A stretch of DNA of 64,000 nucleotides from an uncultured delta proteobacterium (GTDB lineage Bacteria; Desulfobacterota; Binatia; UBA9968), in NCBI GenBank assembly GCA_963745035.1, contig CAVUVW010000013.1, positions 672,001-736,000 of the forward strand, given 5' to 3'. The translations under genes were made by a program, and so were the position numbers. Shown here piece by piece: positions 1 through 15,071 of this stretch. The stretch's first letter is position 1, and each line of letters starts with the position of its first letter. The notes beneath the pieces were generated by a model. It made no database searches, was not told where the DNA came from, and saw only the letters and a list, made by a program, of their open reading frames with translations.

Positions 1-42
1 GCCGATAAACCCGCATCCGCCCGTGACCAGGATGGTTTTCAT
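1..42 (-). CDS. rfbB: 5' end of an NAD-dependent epimerase/dehydratase, probably dTDP-glucose 4,6-dehydratase (runs off the window)
   Basis: The reverse strand from ATG at 42 reads MKTILVTGGCGFIG (Rossmann GxxGxxG) and lies downstream of rfbA and rfbC. Confidence 0.75.
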   Translation of the reverse strand, partial: MKTILVTGGCGFIG

Positions 43-50
43 ATTACTTG

Positions 51-65
51 GCAAGAGAGGCGCCA
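51..65 (-). promoter_or_regulatory. Candidate sigma54 -24/-12 promoter (TGGCGC-CTCTC-TTGC)
   Basis: GG-N10-GC with a good consensus match, but only 8 nt above the ATG, which would imply a leaderless mRNA. Confidence 0.4.
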
Positions 66-227
66 GAGCGCCGCAATCGCCGAATTATTCTTTTCGACCT
101 GGAATGGAATTTTTCGCAGCGAAATCATGGGCAACTATCTTGCGGATCTGTTCATATTGCAAGCATGTCACGATCGGACCGGATCGCAGATAGATCGTCG
201 TTCCCGCGTCACTCGCGTGTCCTTGCG

Positions 228-803
228 CTATTCCCTGCGTCCCGCGCCTGCATAACTAAAGGTATGATCCGCACTGTTGAAGCCGGGCCAGCGCCGGTCC
301 CGGTCCGAAAGTCGCGGGTTACTTACGGGCCAGTCGATCCGGAGATCGGGATCATTCCAAAGAATGCCGGCTTCCAGATCCGGGGCGTATTCCTCACTGG
401 TCATGTAGACAATCTCGGCCTCGGCGCTGAGCACGCAGAACCCGTGCGCAAACCCGGCCGGGACATAGAGCATTTTTTTGTTTTCCGCGGATAAAATTTC
501 TGCAATCCATCTCCCATAGCTGGGTCCGTGGCGGCGTAGATCGACGATCACGTCGTAGACGACCCCGGACGACGCCCACACGAGCTTCGCCTGCGCCATG
601 GGATTTTTCTGATAATGCAATCCGCGCAGGATTCCCTGCGCGGATCTCGAGCGATTGGTCTGGACGAAAGTTTCCGTGATACCCGCGGCCGTGAACTCCG
701 AGCGCTTATACGCTTCCAAGAAAAATCCGCGCTCGTCGGCAAACACCCGCGGATCGATGACCACCGCTTCCGGAATCGCGGTTCTGGTGAAGCGAAAGGG
801 CAT
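228..803 (-). CDS. rfbC: dTDP-4-dehydrorhamnose 3,5-epimerase
   Basis: DERGFFLE, GILRGLHYQ, VYDVIVDLR, VPAGFAHGF and WNDPDL motifs. Confidence 0.95.
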   Translation of the reverse strand: MPFRFTRTAIPEAVVIDPRVFADERGFFLEAYKRSEFTAAGITETFVQTNRSRSAQGILRGLHYQKNPMAQAKLVWASSGVVYDVIVDLRRHGPSYGRWIAEILSAENKKMLYVPAGFAHGFCVLSAEAEIVYMTSEEYAPDLEAGILWNDPDLRIDWPVSNPRLSDRDRRWPGFNSADHTFSYAGAGRRE

Positions 804-1882
804 TAGAGCAGGACTTCGGAATCATCGCCGATCGTCAGTCGATAGGCTTGATGGCTTTTGTGATATTTGAGGACGACCGAATTCTTGCCGATCAGGCTGT
901 CTTCGAGCCGATCGACCTGTTCAATGCGCGCGTTCTCCAGCAGCACACAGTGCTCCAGGACGGAGGAAACGATTTGGCAATCGTTGCCGATCGAGGTAAA
1001 CGGACCGACAAACGAATTGCTGATCAGAACGTTTGCGCCGATCACCGCCGGACCGCGCACGGTGCTGTTTACAATGCGGCTCCCGGGCGCGAGCTGAACT
1101 CGACCTGTCACGTGGCTTTGTCCGTCGACTTCGCCTTCGATGCGCCGCTGGACCCATTCGTCGAGCACCACCGTATTAGCCGTGAGAAGATCGTCTTTCT
1201 TGCCGGTATCGAGCCACCAAGTATCGATACGCTCGCTTAAAACCTGGCCGCCGTTCTCCAAAAGAGCCTGGATCGCATCGGTGATTTCATACTCGCCGCG
1301 CGGCGACGGAGCGAGTTTTTCGATCGCCTTGTGGATCATCGGCGTGAAAAAATAGATACCGACCAGAGCAAGATTGGAAGGCGGGGCCTTCGGTTTTTCA
1401 ATCAAACGGACAACGCGCCCAGACGCATCGATGTCGGCGATCCCGAAGTCGGCGGGGTTGTCAACTTCTCTCAGCAGAATCGACGCATGGGCAGCCGATT
1501 TTTCGAATCGATCTCGATAGTCTTTGATCCCCGCACCGATCAAATTATCGCCCAAATACATCACGAAGGAGCTCGATCCGATGAAGGATTGAGCCACTTT
1601 GACCGCATGGGCGAGTCCCAGCGGATCGGGCTGCAGAATATATTCGATTCTCATTTGCCATTCTTGGCCATTGCCGACGGCTTCGCGCACAGCGCTGCCG
1701 GTCTGCGGCGATATGACGATGCCGACCTCCTCCACTCCGGCGTTCTTGAGATTGTCCAAAACATGAAAGAGGATCGGCCGGTTCGCCACAGGCACAAGTT
1801 GCTTGGCAGCCGTGTGCGTGAGCGGCCGCAATCGCGTGCCGCGGCCGCCGCTCAACACCAGTCCCTTCAAAGTCCCAGCCAT
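803..1882 (-). CDS. rfbA: Glucose-1-phosphate thymidylyltransferase (long form with C-terminal beta-helix)
   Basis: LSGGRGTRLRPLT, AKQLVPVANRP, YLGDN, EKP, RGEYEITDAI and WLDTG motifs. Confidence 0.95.
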   Translation of the reverse strand: MAGTLKGLVLSGGRGTRLRPLTHTAAKQLVPVANRPILFHVLDNLKNAGVEEVGIVISPQTGSAVREAVGNGQEWQMRIEYILQPDPLGLAHAVKVAQSFIGSSSFVMYLGDNLIGAGIKDYRDRFEKSAAHASILLREVDNPADFGIADIDASGRVVRLIEKPKAPPSNLALVGIYFFTPMIHKAIEKLAPSPRGEYEITDAIQALLENGGQVLSERIDTWWLDTGKKDDLLTANTVVLDEWVQRRIEGEVDGQSHVTGRVQLAPGSRIVNSTVRGPAVIGANVLISNSFVGPFTSIGNDCQIVSSVLEHCVLLENARIEQVDRLEDSLIGKNSVVLKYHKSHQAYRLTIGDDSEVLL

Positions 1883-2107
1883 TGCCGCTCTTATAGCAGT
1901 TTGACGCCTGATTGATAAGGTCGAAGAGCTTACGCTCGCCGCGTCTACACGGATTCGCGGGAATCGATCCGTAAAATGGTTATCAACGCGTGGGGCTCAG
2001 CCCCGTGTCGAGGAGCGATGACACGCAGGTCTTTGACGCCCGCAGGCTGTACGAGCTGGCAGCGTCTCGCTATCCCACCGCGAAGAAAGCAATTGCACGC
2101 TTAAGCG

Positions 2108-3382
2108 CTAGCCCGCCACATCGCTCTCGCTTTCGGCGTCGGCCGTGGCCTCATTGCCGCGGGACGCGGCGTGTTGGATGGACGCCGGATCGTCTGCGAG
2201 GATCTGGACGATCCGCTTGGCCGCGTTACCGTCCCATAACTCCGGCACGTCCGCCGGCCCTCGAGGCCTCTGAATTATACGAGTAAATTCCCGAACGATC
2301 TTTCCTGGGTCGGTTCCAGCCAAAACGTTAGTGCCGACTTTCAGCGTCACCGGTCGCTCTGTGCTCTCCCGCAGGGTGATACACGGAATCCCGAGGATGG
2401 TAGTTTCCTCTTGGATCGCGGCGGAATCCGTCAGCACGACTCGGGCGTGAGACATCAACTGAAGAAAGTCCAGATAACCGAGCGGCGGCACCAGGCGAAT
2501 GCGCACGCGGGAGTCCCACGGCTCGGGACCTTCCATGAAATGATCGATCAAATAATCGCCCAGATCCGTCTCCTGAATGTGCCGCAAGACGTGCGGATGG
2601 GCGGGAAAAATAACCGGCATGTGACGCGAGACTTCCAAACACGCTTCCAGCAACTCGGCGAGAGTCTGCGCATCGTCGATGTTGCCAGGCCGGCGTAATG
2701 TCAAAATCGCGTAGGGCCGCACGTCGGCGCCTGCGCTCAACTGCAAATCGTTGAGAATTACGGATTCCCGAGCTCTGCCGAGATGACGCAGCAGGGTATC
2801 GACGGTAACGTTGCCGACGAAATAAATTCTTTCGACTGAAATGCCTTCATGCAGCAAATGACGATTGGCGCTTTCCTCGGTCGTGAAAAGATAGTCTGAG
2901 AGCGAGTCAGTCACGATTCGGTTGAGTTCTTCCGGCATGGTTCGATCAAAACTTCGCAGGCCCGCTTCCACGTGGGCCAGCTTGGGAAGGAAGTCGTTTC
3001 CTGCAGCGCCGCGCGTGCAGCGGGTTTTTTTTGTAGCGACAGCGCAGGCGACAACCGCATCCGCATCGCCGGCGACGAGTACGACGTTTGGTTTCTCGGC
3101 CAGGATTACTTTCTCAAATCTCTCCATGACATTGGCGATCTGCGCGGTGTCGGAGCCGAGCCCGACGCCGAGAAAGATATCCGGCTTAGGCAGCTCAATA
3201 TCGTTAAAACAAACATCCGAGGTGTTGACCTCGCAATGCTCCCCCGTGTGTACCAGAAGGTGTCGGATTTCGCGCGCGCCAGGCTGCCGGTTGTGGGAGT
3301 TAATCGCGTCGCAGATCGTCGCGATCTTTATGTGATTGGGCCTGGCTCCGACCACTGAGAGGACCTTGCAGGTCATCAGCAC
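2108..3382 (-). CDS. wecB: UDP-N-acetylglucosamine 2-epimerase (non-hydrolysing) homolog with degenerate motifs
   Basis: GARPN, HVEAGLRSFDRTMPEELNR, VGN, QEETT and TERP motifs are present; several conserved residues are altered (see findings). Confidence 0.85.
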   Translation of the reverse strand: MLMTCKVLSVVGARPNHIKIATICDAINSHNRQPGAREIRHLLVHTGEHCEVNTSDVCFNDIELPKPDIFLGVGLGSDTAQIANVMERFEKVILAEKPNVVLVAGDADAVVACAVATKKTRCTRGAAGNDFLPKLAHVEAGLRSFDRTMPEELNRIVTDSLSDYLFTTEESANRHLLHEGISVERIYFVGNVTVDTLLRHLGRARESVILNDLQLSAGADVRPYAILTLRRPGNIDDAQTLAELLEACLEVSRHMPVIFPAHPHVLRHIQETDLGDYLIDHFMEGPEPWDSRVRIRLVPPLGYLDFLQLMSHARVVLTDSAAIQEETTILGIPCITLRESTERPVTLKVGTNVLAGTDPGKIVREFTRIIQRPRGPADVPELWDGNAAKRIVQILADDPASIQHAASRGNEATADAESESDVAG

Positions 3383-3472
3383 ACCTCGTTCTAAATACTG
3401 TCCAGCGCTTTCTGAAACATGCGTTTTGAAACTAATCGATTGGGAAAAAAATTGTCATCGAGCGCGAAATGC

Positions 3473-3487
3473 GCAAATTCGGAGCCA
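3473..3487 (-). promoter_or_regulatory. sigma54 promoter upstream of the wecB-like gene (TGGCTC-CGAAT-TTGC)
   Basis: GG-N10-GC about 90 nt above the start, next to sigma54 activator genes. Confidence 0.6.
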
Positions 3488-3833
3488 TAATCGCGCGGCG
3501 GCATTTTGACGGCGCGGCGATGCTTTTTTGGGCAGTTTTCCGTCGAGAATAATAAAGAACGCCGCTAGATTATGCCCTACGGCCAGAGACCCTGCTTGAA
3601 ATGGGCAATTTTACCCTGTGAACAAGATGGCCTGAAATCCCCCCGATGCGGGACCACGAGTCATCGGCAGCCGGGCCAACTCAAACGGCTTGAGCATCTC
3701 ATCCAATTTGTGACTGGAACAGTGTAGCGGGAAACTCAAGATACCGCGGCAAAGAAGCACCGCCGATCTTGTAAGCGGCGTTCGCCGGCGCGCCACTCAG
3801 AGCGAATTCAACGACGCGGCGCAGCAGCCTTTG

Positions 3834-5216
3834 CTAGCCGAGCTCCTTGAACGATTCTTTATGCAGTCCGTGTCGTCTCATCTTCCTGTAGAGCGTCTTA
3901 TTGTCGACTTTCGCCTCGACTGCGGTTAAGGAGATCGCGCCCTTGTGTTTGATTAACAAGTTGCGCAAATAGTCTTTTTCGCTGCGCAGTAACCAGTGCT
4001 TCAGCGACAAGTCTTGGCCGCCGTCATTTTCGAAATGACGGTCGATAATTCGTTGGGGAGGCGCGGGCAAATCAACGTCTTCGATCAGCTCGCCCTGGCA
4101 CTTAACGATGGCTCGCTCGATGATATTCTCCAACTCTCGAATATTACCCGGCCAGTGGTATGCCAACATCTGGTCGAGAACTCTGGGCCCGACCTGCTTG
4201 ATCCGTTTTTCTTGAGCGACCGGGTGTTTGCTGAGAAGGTGATTGATCAAGATCGGCAGGTCTTCCAGCCGTTCACGCAACGGCGGAAGTTGCAGCGGGA
4301 TCACATTGATTCGATAGTAAAAATCTTCCCGCAAGGTGCCGCGAGTGAGACAGAGCTGCAGATCGACGTTGGTCGCGGCTACCACTCGCATATCGACCTT
4401 CACCCGGCGATTGCCCCCGAGCCGCTCGACTTCCCGCTCCTGCAAGACGCGCAAAAGCTTGACCTGCATGGGGGGCGCCATGGTCTCGATCTCATCGAGA
4501 AATAGCGTGCCGCCGTCCGCCAACTCGATTTTTCCGGAGCGGCTCTGCACGGCTCCGGTGAATGCCCCTTTTTCGTACCCAAACAATTCGCTTTCCAGCA
4601 GTGTCTCGGGAAACGCGCCGCAATTGATCGCCACGAACGACTTTGCTTTGCGACGGCTCAAATTGTGGATCGCTCGAGCCACCAGCTCTTTACCGGTGCC
4701 GGTCTCGCCGGTGATCATCACCCCGGAATCGGTCTCCGCCAGGGATCTGATGAGATCGAAAACTTTCGACATCTTCGGGCTCTTGCTGAGGATGTTCTCG
4801 AGGCCCTGCTCATTTTGAACTTTTTGCCTGAGCTCGCGAACTTCGTCCAACAAGCGCCGGCGCTCGACCAGCTTCTCGCTCACCAAACGGATTGCCTCGG
4901 GTTGAAACGGCTTGGTGATGTAATCACTGGCGCCGAGCTTCATCGCCTCGACGGCCTGCTTGATGTTGCCAAAGGCGGTGATCAGGATCACGTCCGTATC
5001 CGCATATCTTTCGCGCACGTGGCGGGCCAATTGGAAACCGTCGATTCCCGGCATTTTCACGTCGGAGACGACGATGGCGAACTTATCTTCGCCCAGCCTT
5101 TTTATCCCCTCTTCGCCGGAAGACGCGGTGGAGACGCGGAAACCTTCTTGTTCGTAAAACTGCCCTAATTGTTCTCGCAGGCGGTCATGATCCTCAACGA
5201 TTAAGACACTGTACAT
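3834..5216 (-). CDS. sigma54-dependent response regulator (REC-AAA+-Fis HTH, NtrC/AtoC family)
   Basis: SDVKMPG receiver, GETGTGKE, GAFTGA, FLDEI, WPGNIRELEN and a C-terminal TLYRK HTH. Confidence 0.95.
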   Translation of the reverse strand: MYSVLIVEDHDRLREQLGQFYEQEGFRVSTASSGEEGIKRLGEDKFAIVVSDVKMPGIDGFQLARHVRERYADTDVILITAFGNIKQAVEAMKLGASDYITKPFQPEAIRLVSEKLVERRRLLDEVRELRQKVQNEQGLENILSKSPKMSKVFDLIRSLAETDSGVMITGETGTGKELVARAIHNLSRRKAKSFVAINCGAFPETLLESELFGYEKGAFTGAVQSRSGKIELADGGTLFLDEIETMAPPMQVKLLRVLQEREVERLGGNRRVKVDMRVVAATNVDLQLCLTRGTLREDFYYRINVIPLQLPPLRERLEDLPILINHLLSKHPVAQEKRIKQVGPRVLDQMLAYHWPGNIRELENIIERAIVKCQGELIEDVDLPAPPQRIIDRHFENDGGQDLSLKHWLLRSEKDYLRNLLIKHKGAISLTAVEAKVDNKTLYRKMRRHGLHKESFKELG

Positions 5217-5243
5217 AGATTAACGAAGCCTCACGTGCGCGTA

Positions 5244-6380
5244 TTACCGCTCGGCATAGCCTGTAATCCCGCGAACCGGAAGCGCCACTTCTACTTCCGT
5301 CCCGCGATCTTGCCTGCTCGAAATGCTCAACCGACCGCCGTGTAATTCAACAAGTCGCGCCGCTATGCTCAAGCCCAGCCCGTCTCGCTCGGGTTTTAAG
5401 GTAAAAAAGGGCACGGCGGCCTTTTGCAAATGCGCATGCTCAATCCCGCACCCGGTGTCGGCGATCGAGACCTGCGCGATGGATTGCTCGGCCAAGCATG
5501 TCGCCTGGACGGCGCCGGTTATGATCACCTGGTCCCCCGCTGTCGTAGCATCAAGCGCATTCTCCAGAATCGCGCGCAAGCCGAGCTCGAGAAGCACTGG
5601 GTCACAAATCACCAGGGCGCCGTTGAGCGCATCGCCCACGTGATCTTTGAGCACCACCTTTTTTTCTAGAAAGACCGGAGCATGCGCATCGATCACCGAG
5701 CGCAGGATCTGCCCCAAATCGATCGCGGACGAATGGGCCGAAATCTGGCTATAGCTGGCAAATCTCTGTATAAATTCGACGGCCCGGTCGACTGTTTCCT
5801 GGAGCGCTTCGATGCGATCGGCAGGCACGCCCCGCTTGAGCGAACTGATCACCAAATTAATAAGCTGAAAGTGATTGCCGATTTTGTGGATGAACTCCGC
5901 AATGACCCTGCTATCAAGCCAATTGGACCGGCGCGCGGTTGCAAGCGGAATCATGCGACCGCGAATCACCGCTCCGCCCGCTGTAACGACCTTGCACAAA
6001 CTATGGGCCACCCAAACTGGCAAACCACGATCATCGATGATTTGATGCATCTCGGACGCAAGCTCGCCGGGCTCGAGCTGCGTCGCTCTGGCGAACAGGG
6101 AATACCGGTCATCGCCCACTAACCGCTTATCCCAAAGCGTGCGGTTTCCGAGTAGATTCTCTTGCCTGATACCGAGCAATTCCGTGACATTGGGGGAAAC
6201 CGAGATAACCGTTAGATCGCCATCGCACTCGTAGGCGACTGCTGGAGCCGCGGCAGCCTTGTAGTCCTCCCACTTCTTCTTATTGGAGTCCACGCTTGTC
6301 GACCGCAAAGCATCTTGCGCATGGAATAGCGGGCCGCCGATGGGAGGATCACCCGCAACCGGTTTCGGTGGATTAGGCAA
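5244..6380 (-). CDS. Cytoplasmic PAS-domain sensor histidine kinase
   Basis: PAS-like N-terminus, H-box IHKIGNH, ENALDA, DTGCG, PFFT and GLGL motifs. Confidence 0.85.
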   Translation of the reverse strand: MPNPPKPVAGDPPIGGPLFHAQDALRSTSVDSNKKKWEDYKAAAAPAVAYECDGDLTVISVSPNVTELLGIRQENLLGNRTLWDKRLVGDDRYSLFARATQLEPGELASEMHQIIDDRGLPVWVAHSLCKVVTAGGAVIRGRMIPLATARRSNWLDSRVIAEFIHKIGNHFQLINLVISSLKRGVPADRIEALQETVDRAVEFIQRFASYSQISAHSSAIDLGQILRSVIDAHAPVFLEKKVVLKDHVGDALNGALVICDPVLLELGLRAILENALDATTAGDQVIITGAVQATCLAEQSIAQVSIADTGCGIEHAHLQKAAVPFFTLKPERDGLGLSIAARLVELHGGRLSISSRQDRGTEVEVALPVRGITGYAER

Positions 6381-6597
6381 CCGTTACCCCTCCCTTTGAT
6401 TGAATCCGTTTAAGCATTGGCTCCGGAGCGAACTAGCTGGCATTTTTGCCATATCGGCACTTAGAATTCAAGAAAATTTGGCACCCATAACAACTTTCGG
6501 CACCGTAAATGACCATGAAGAAAATCGCGCAAGTTACTAGAAATACATTGATATTCTGTAAAGCCTCAAGAGTTTTCAGGTAACCCGCGCTGAGTTC

Positions 6598-6614
6598 TGT
6601 AAACTCCTCTTACA
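6598..6614. promoter_or_regulatory. TGT-N11-ACA palindrome (TGTAAACTCCTCTTACA), candidate PrsR/PEP-CTERM-box enhancer
   Basis: TGTAA..TTACA inverted repeat in the divergent intergenic region, with a second TTCTGTAAA half-site near 6554. Confidence 0.55.
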
Positions 6615-7043
6615 GCCTTTGAGATCATCGGCCAACAAGACCCGGCAGAGGTGTTTGATAGCAGCGCGCTGCGAATGCTTCCGAAAGATCCGCTCGCCGC
6701 CTGGAGACGGAAGTTCGCGATTGCCAAGCTTACGCAGTCATCGAAACGCTCCTTTTTTCTTCCGCTCAATCAGAGGCTATTGATAGCTTGCCGCCATCCT
6801 GAACTCTCCGGAGGTTGGACGAGTCCTGCTTGGAGGTCGGGCACTCTTGACCTTCCATCAGGACGGCGCAGGGAACTCGGTAGTTGTGACCGGCGCCGCA
6901 TTAGGCTGATTTTTTGAAAAGCCCGGCAACCATAGCAACAAATCGTCGGGACCGTGAATTCCCGCCCCTCAAGTCTCTTAAAAATAAACCCGAGAGTCTC
7001 TCCCACCCGAGTTCAAGTCAGCAAGATTCCCGTGACCGGACAA

Positions 7044-7059
7044 TGGCATATAGCTTGCT
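7044..7059 (+). promoter_or_regulatory. sigma54 promoter upstream of prsK (TGGCAT-ATAGC-TTGCT)
   Basis: Near-perfect -24/-12 consensus 33 nt before ATG 7093. Confidence 0.8.
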
Positions 7060-7092
7060 CTGTCAGGAAGAATTTCTTTTCATGAACGGGGA

Positions 7093-8382
7093 ATGGATTC
7101 AGTTTCTAATTTGAACAAGCTGCTCATGGCAAACCCAAGCGCGCCCAGATGGCTACCTTTGCGTGAGGCGACACGCATCATGCGACGATTCGTCAAGCAG
7201 CGTTTTGTCCACCGTAAAAAATACGACTACAACGACTTGTGGATGAAATTCTCCGACCAGTCGAGCGGCTCGCTCCACATCCAGGACTTGCTGCCTCGAG
7301 TCGCCGAGTTCATCGCCGCAGCCATGTCAGTGCGTCAGGTCGCTTTTTGGCTTCACTCAACGCCAGAGAGCTATCGCCTGGTTTATTCCCGCAGCCCTGC
7401 ATCCAGCGCCGCAACCGCCACGCTTCGCTTGGCTCATTCTCGCACCAACGATTCGACTCTCTTTCACGTATCGCGGGACGGCTTTCGGCCCGACGCGAAA
7501 GATTGGTCCGCTGAAAGCTTGCAAACCGTGCGCGCTTTGAACATACAACGCTTGGTTCTCGTCGAGAACCGCGGCGAGGTGTTGGCGCTGATGGGCATCG
7601 GCGCGCCCGGACAAGCAGTTTTATTGCCCGAAGACGATCAGTTCTTATTGAGGGTCAGCGATCAGCTCGGCCACCTCATTCTGACTCACAAGCTTTCCGA
7701 AGAGCTGCTCCTCTCGCGCGAATGGGAGTCGTTCAACCGTTTTGCTTCTTTCATACTTCACGATCTCAAGAACCTTGCCACGCTGCAAAGCATGACATTG
7801 GAAAACGCCAAGTATCTCAGTCATGACGCCGCATTTATCAAGGATGCCTTCGCCACTTTCAGCGAGACCACTGAGAAGATGATCAATCTGATCGCCAGCC
7901 TTTCTGTTCAACGGGGCCATTTTTCGCTCAAGCAACAGCCGCTCAATATCCTCGAAGTTCTCACCCATACGTTCGACGATCTCAAAGTGGACCAGAGAAA
8001 CGGCGTGAAAGTTTTGACGGCCTTCCCTCCAAAGGACCGACTACCCATCGTTTCAGGCGACCCCGAGCTGCTGCAAAAGGCTTTTACCAATTTGCTCCTG
8101 AACGCGATCCAAAGCCTGCCCAAAGGCAAGGGCGCCGTGGAGATCACGGTCGCGCAAGAGGCCGCCGGAAAAATCACCACGTCGATTCGCGACAGCGGAT
8201 GCGGCATCGCTCCCGAGCGGCTGGAAACTCTCTTTCGGCCATTTCAAACGACCAAGGAAAACGGCCTCGGAATCGGTCTTTGCCATACCCGTTCGATTAT
8301 TGAAGTTCACGGCGGCCGGATCCGCATTGAAAGTCAGTTAAATGCCGGCACTAAAGTCGAGGTTGAGCTACCGGCGTTGTAG
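7093..8382 (+). CDS. prsK: PrsK-like (PEP-CTERM/exosortase system) histidine kinase lacking the N-terminal membrane domain
   Basis: KKYDYNDLWMKFS, a GAF-like region, ESFNRFASFILHDLKN H-box and HATPase motifs; followed by a PrsR-like gene. Confidence 0.75.
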   Translation: MDSVSNLNKLLMANPSAPRWLPLREATRIMRRFVKQRFVHRKKYDYNDLWMKFSDQSSGSLHIQDLLPRVAEFIAAAMSVRQVAFWLHSTPESYRLVYSRSPASSAATATLRLAHSRTNDSTLFHVSRDGFRPDAKDWSAESLQTVRALNIQRLVLVENRGEVLALMGIGAPGQAVLLPEDDQFLLRVSDQLGHLILTHKLSEELLLSREWESFNRFASFILHDLKNLATLQSMTLENAKYLSHDAAFIKDAFATFSETTEKMINLIASLSVQRGHFSLKQQPLNILEVLTHTFDDLKVDQRNGVKVLTAFPPKDRLPIVSGDPELLQKAFTNLLLNAIQSLPKGKGAVEITVAQEAAGKITTSIRDSGCGIAPERLETLFRPFQTTKENGLGIGLCHTRSIIEVHGGRIRIESQLNAGTKVEVELPAL

Positions 8383-8401
8383 ATCGGGGAGGAAGGCAAC
8401 T

Positions 8402-9805
<1,404 letters not shown>

Positions 9806-9806
9806 A

Positions 9807-11180
9807 TTGAACACTTTGAGAACCAAGCTCGAACAGCGCCACGCGACGGCGGCCGTCATCGGCCTCGGCTACGTCGGTTTGCCGCTGGCGATGGAGATTG
9901 CCGCCGCCGGATTTGACGTGATCGGCGTTGATCTCGACGCCGCCAAGATCGCGACCCTCAAGCGCGGCAAGTCGTATATTCTCGACGTGCCGGAAAAAAC
10001 CGTCGCCGGCGCCGTTCACTCGGGAAAATTTACACCGACCTCGGATTTCAGTGCGCTCGCCAAAGCCGACACCGTCAGCATTTGCGTGCCGACCCCCCTC
10101 AGCAAGAGCCGGGACCCCGATATTTCCTTTATTCTTTCGGCGACCGAAGAGATTCGCAAATACCTCCACAGCGGCCAACTGATCGTGCTCGAGAGCACGA
10201 CTTACCCGGGTACCACCGACGAGCTGATCGTGCCGGAGCTCGAAAGCACCGGCCTCAAAGTCGGGAGTGATTTCTGCGTCGCCTTTTCGCCCGAGAGGAT
10301 CGATCCCGGCAACGCGTCCTTCACGACCCGCAACACCCCCAAGATCGTCGGTGGGATCACGGCTGAGTGCACCGAAGTCGCCCGGCTTTTCTATTCGCAG
10401 TTTATCGAACGCGTCATTCCAGTGAGCAGCACCAAATGCGCCGAAATGGTAAAGCTCCTGGAAAATACCTTTCGCAGCGTCAATATCGGCATGGTCAATG
10501 AGCTTGCCTTGATGTGCGATCTCTTGGGCGTGGACGTCTACGAAGTCATCGACGCCGCGGCCACCAAACCGTTCGGCTTCAGCCCATTTTATCCGGGCCC
10601 GGGACTAGGCGGCCACTGCATACCGATCGACCCGCACTACCTAGCGTGGAAACTGAAAGCACTCAATTTTCAGGCGCGCTTTATTGGGCTGGCCGCCGAG
10701 ATCAACGGCATGATGCCCGCCGTCGTCAGCGCGATGACCGCCGACGGCCTCAACCGCTTCTCCAAGAGCATTCGCGGCTCGAAGATCCTCATTCTCGGCG
10801 TCGCCTACAAGAAAGACGTCAGCGACTGCCGCGAATCGCCGGCCCTCGACGTCATGCGCCTGCTCAGCGAGAAAGGCGCGATTCTTTCCTACAATGATCC
10901 GCTCGTGCCCACGGTGCGACTGGGCGGGAGCACGCTCAAGTCGGTGGCGGCGAGCCCGCAGACGGTCGCGGAACATGACTGCGTGATCATCCTTACCGAT
11001 CACAGCGTCTACGACGTGCGCAGCATCGTGGAAGCGTCCAAGCTGGTGATCGACACCCGGAACGCAACCAAAGACCTGCGTGCATTCAAGGATCGAATCA
11101 TTAAATTAGGCGCGGGCAAGAATCCGCCGCGGACCGCGCATGACGATCATGAAGCCCCGATAGAGATAACAACGCACTGA
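9807..11180 (+). CDS. UDP-N-acetyl-D-glucosamine/UDP-glucose 6-dehydrogenase family protein
   Basis: IGLGYVGLP, ICVPTP, ESTTYPGTT, SPERIDPG, KLLENTFR, GGHCIPIDP (catalytic Cys) and RESPA motifs. Confidence 0.93.
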   Translation: MNTLRTKLEQRHATAAVIGLGYVGLPLAMEIAAAGFDVIGVDLDAAKIATLKRGKSYILDVPEKTVAGAVHSGKFTPTSDFSALAKADTVSICVPTPLSKSRDPDISFILSATEEIRKYLHSGQLIVLESTTYPGTTDELIVPELESTGLKVGSDFCVAFSPERIDPGNASFTTRNTPKIVGGITAECTEVARLFYSQFIERVIPVSSTKCAEMVKLLENTFRSVNIGMVNELALMCDLLGVDVYEVIDAAATKPFGFSPFYPGPGLGGHCIPIDPHYLAWKLKALNFQARFIGLAAEINGMMPAVVSAMTADGLNRFSKSIRGSKILILGVAYKKDVSDCRESPALDVMRLLSEKGAILSYNDPLVPTVRLGGSTLKSVAASPQTVAEHDCVIILTDHSVYDVRSIVEASKLVIDTRNATKDLRAFKDRIIKLGAGKNPPRTAHDDHEAPIEITTH

Positions 11181-11348
11181 CGGGATACTTAGGCAAACGA
11201 AACGATCTTTGAAGAGCCGAGCGCGCAAGACAATCAGAAAACTCCATGCGGTCAGCCTTCGAGCAAATTCGCTGCCTTCAAGGGCGAATACGGCGAGCTT
11301 TACTGCTCCAAAAAAGAAACTGTGGTGCGCTCGCCGGTGGCGTGAAAT

Positions 11349-14949
<3,601 letters not shown>

Positions 14950-15071
14950 GCGCTGCTGGCGCTCCTTGCTGGGCCGCGAAAAGAAGAGTTTAAAAATCAG
15001 TAGATAGCGTCAAAATACATGATTCGGGAAGCAACTGAAAGGGTTTTGCAGCAGGCGCAAAGCAGCGCTGC

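Noticed and set aside
1985-2100. Palindromes upstream of rfbA as an ops/JUMPstart element or ncRNA
   Set aside because: There is no GGCGGTAG match, and short GC palindromes are expected by chance.
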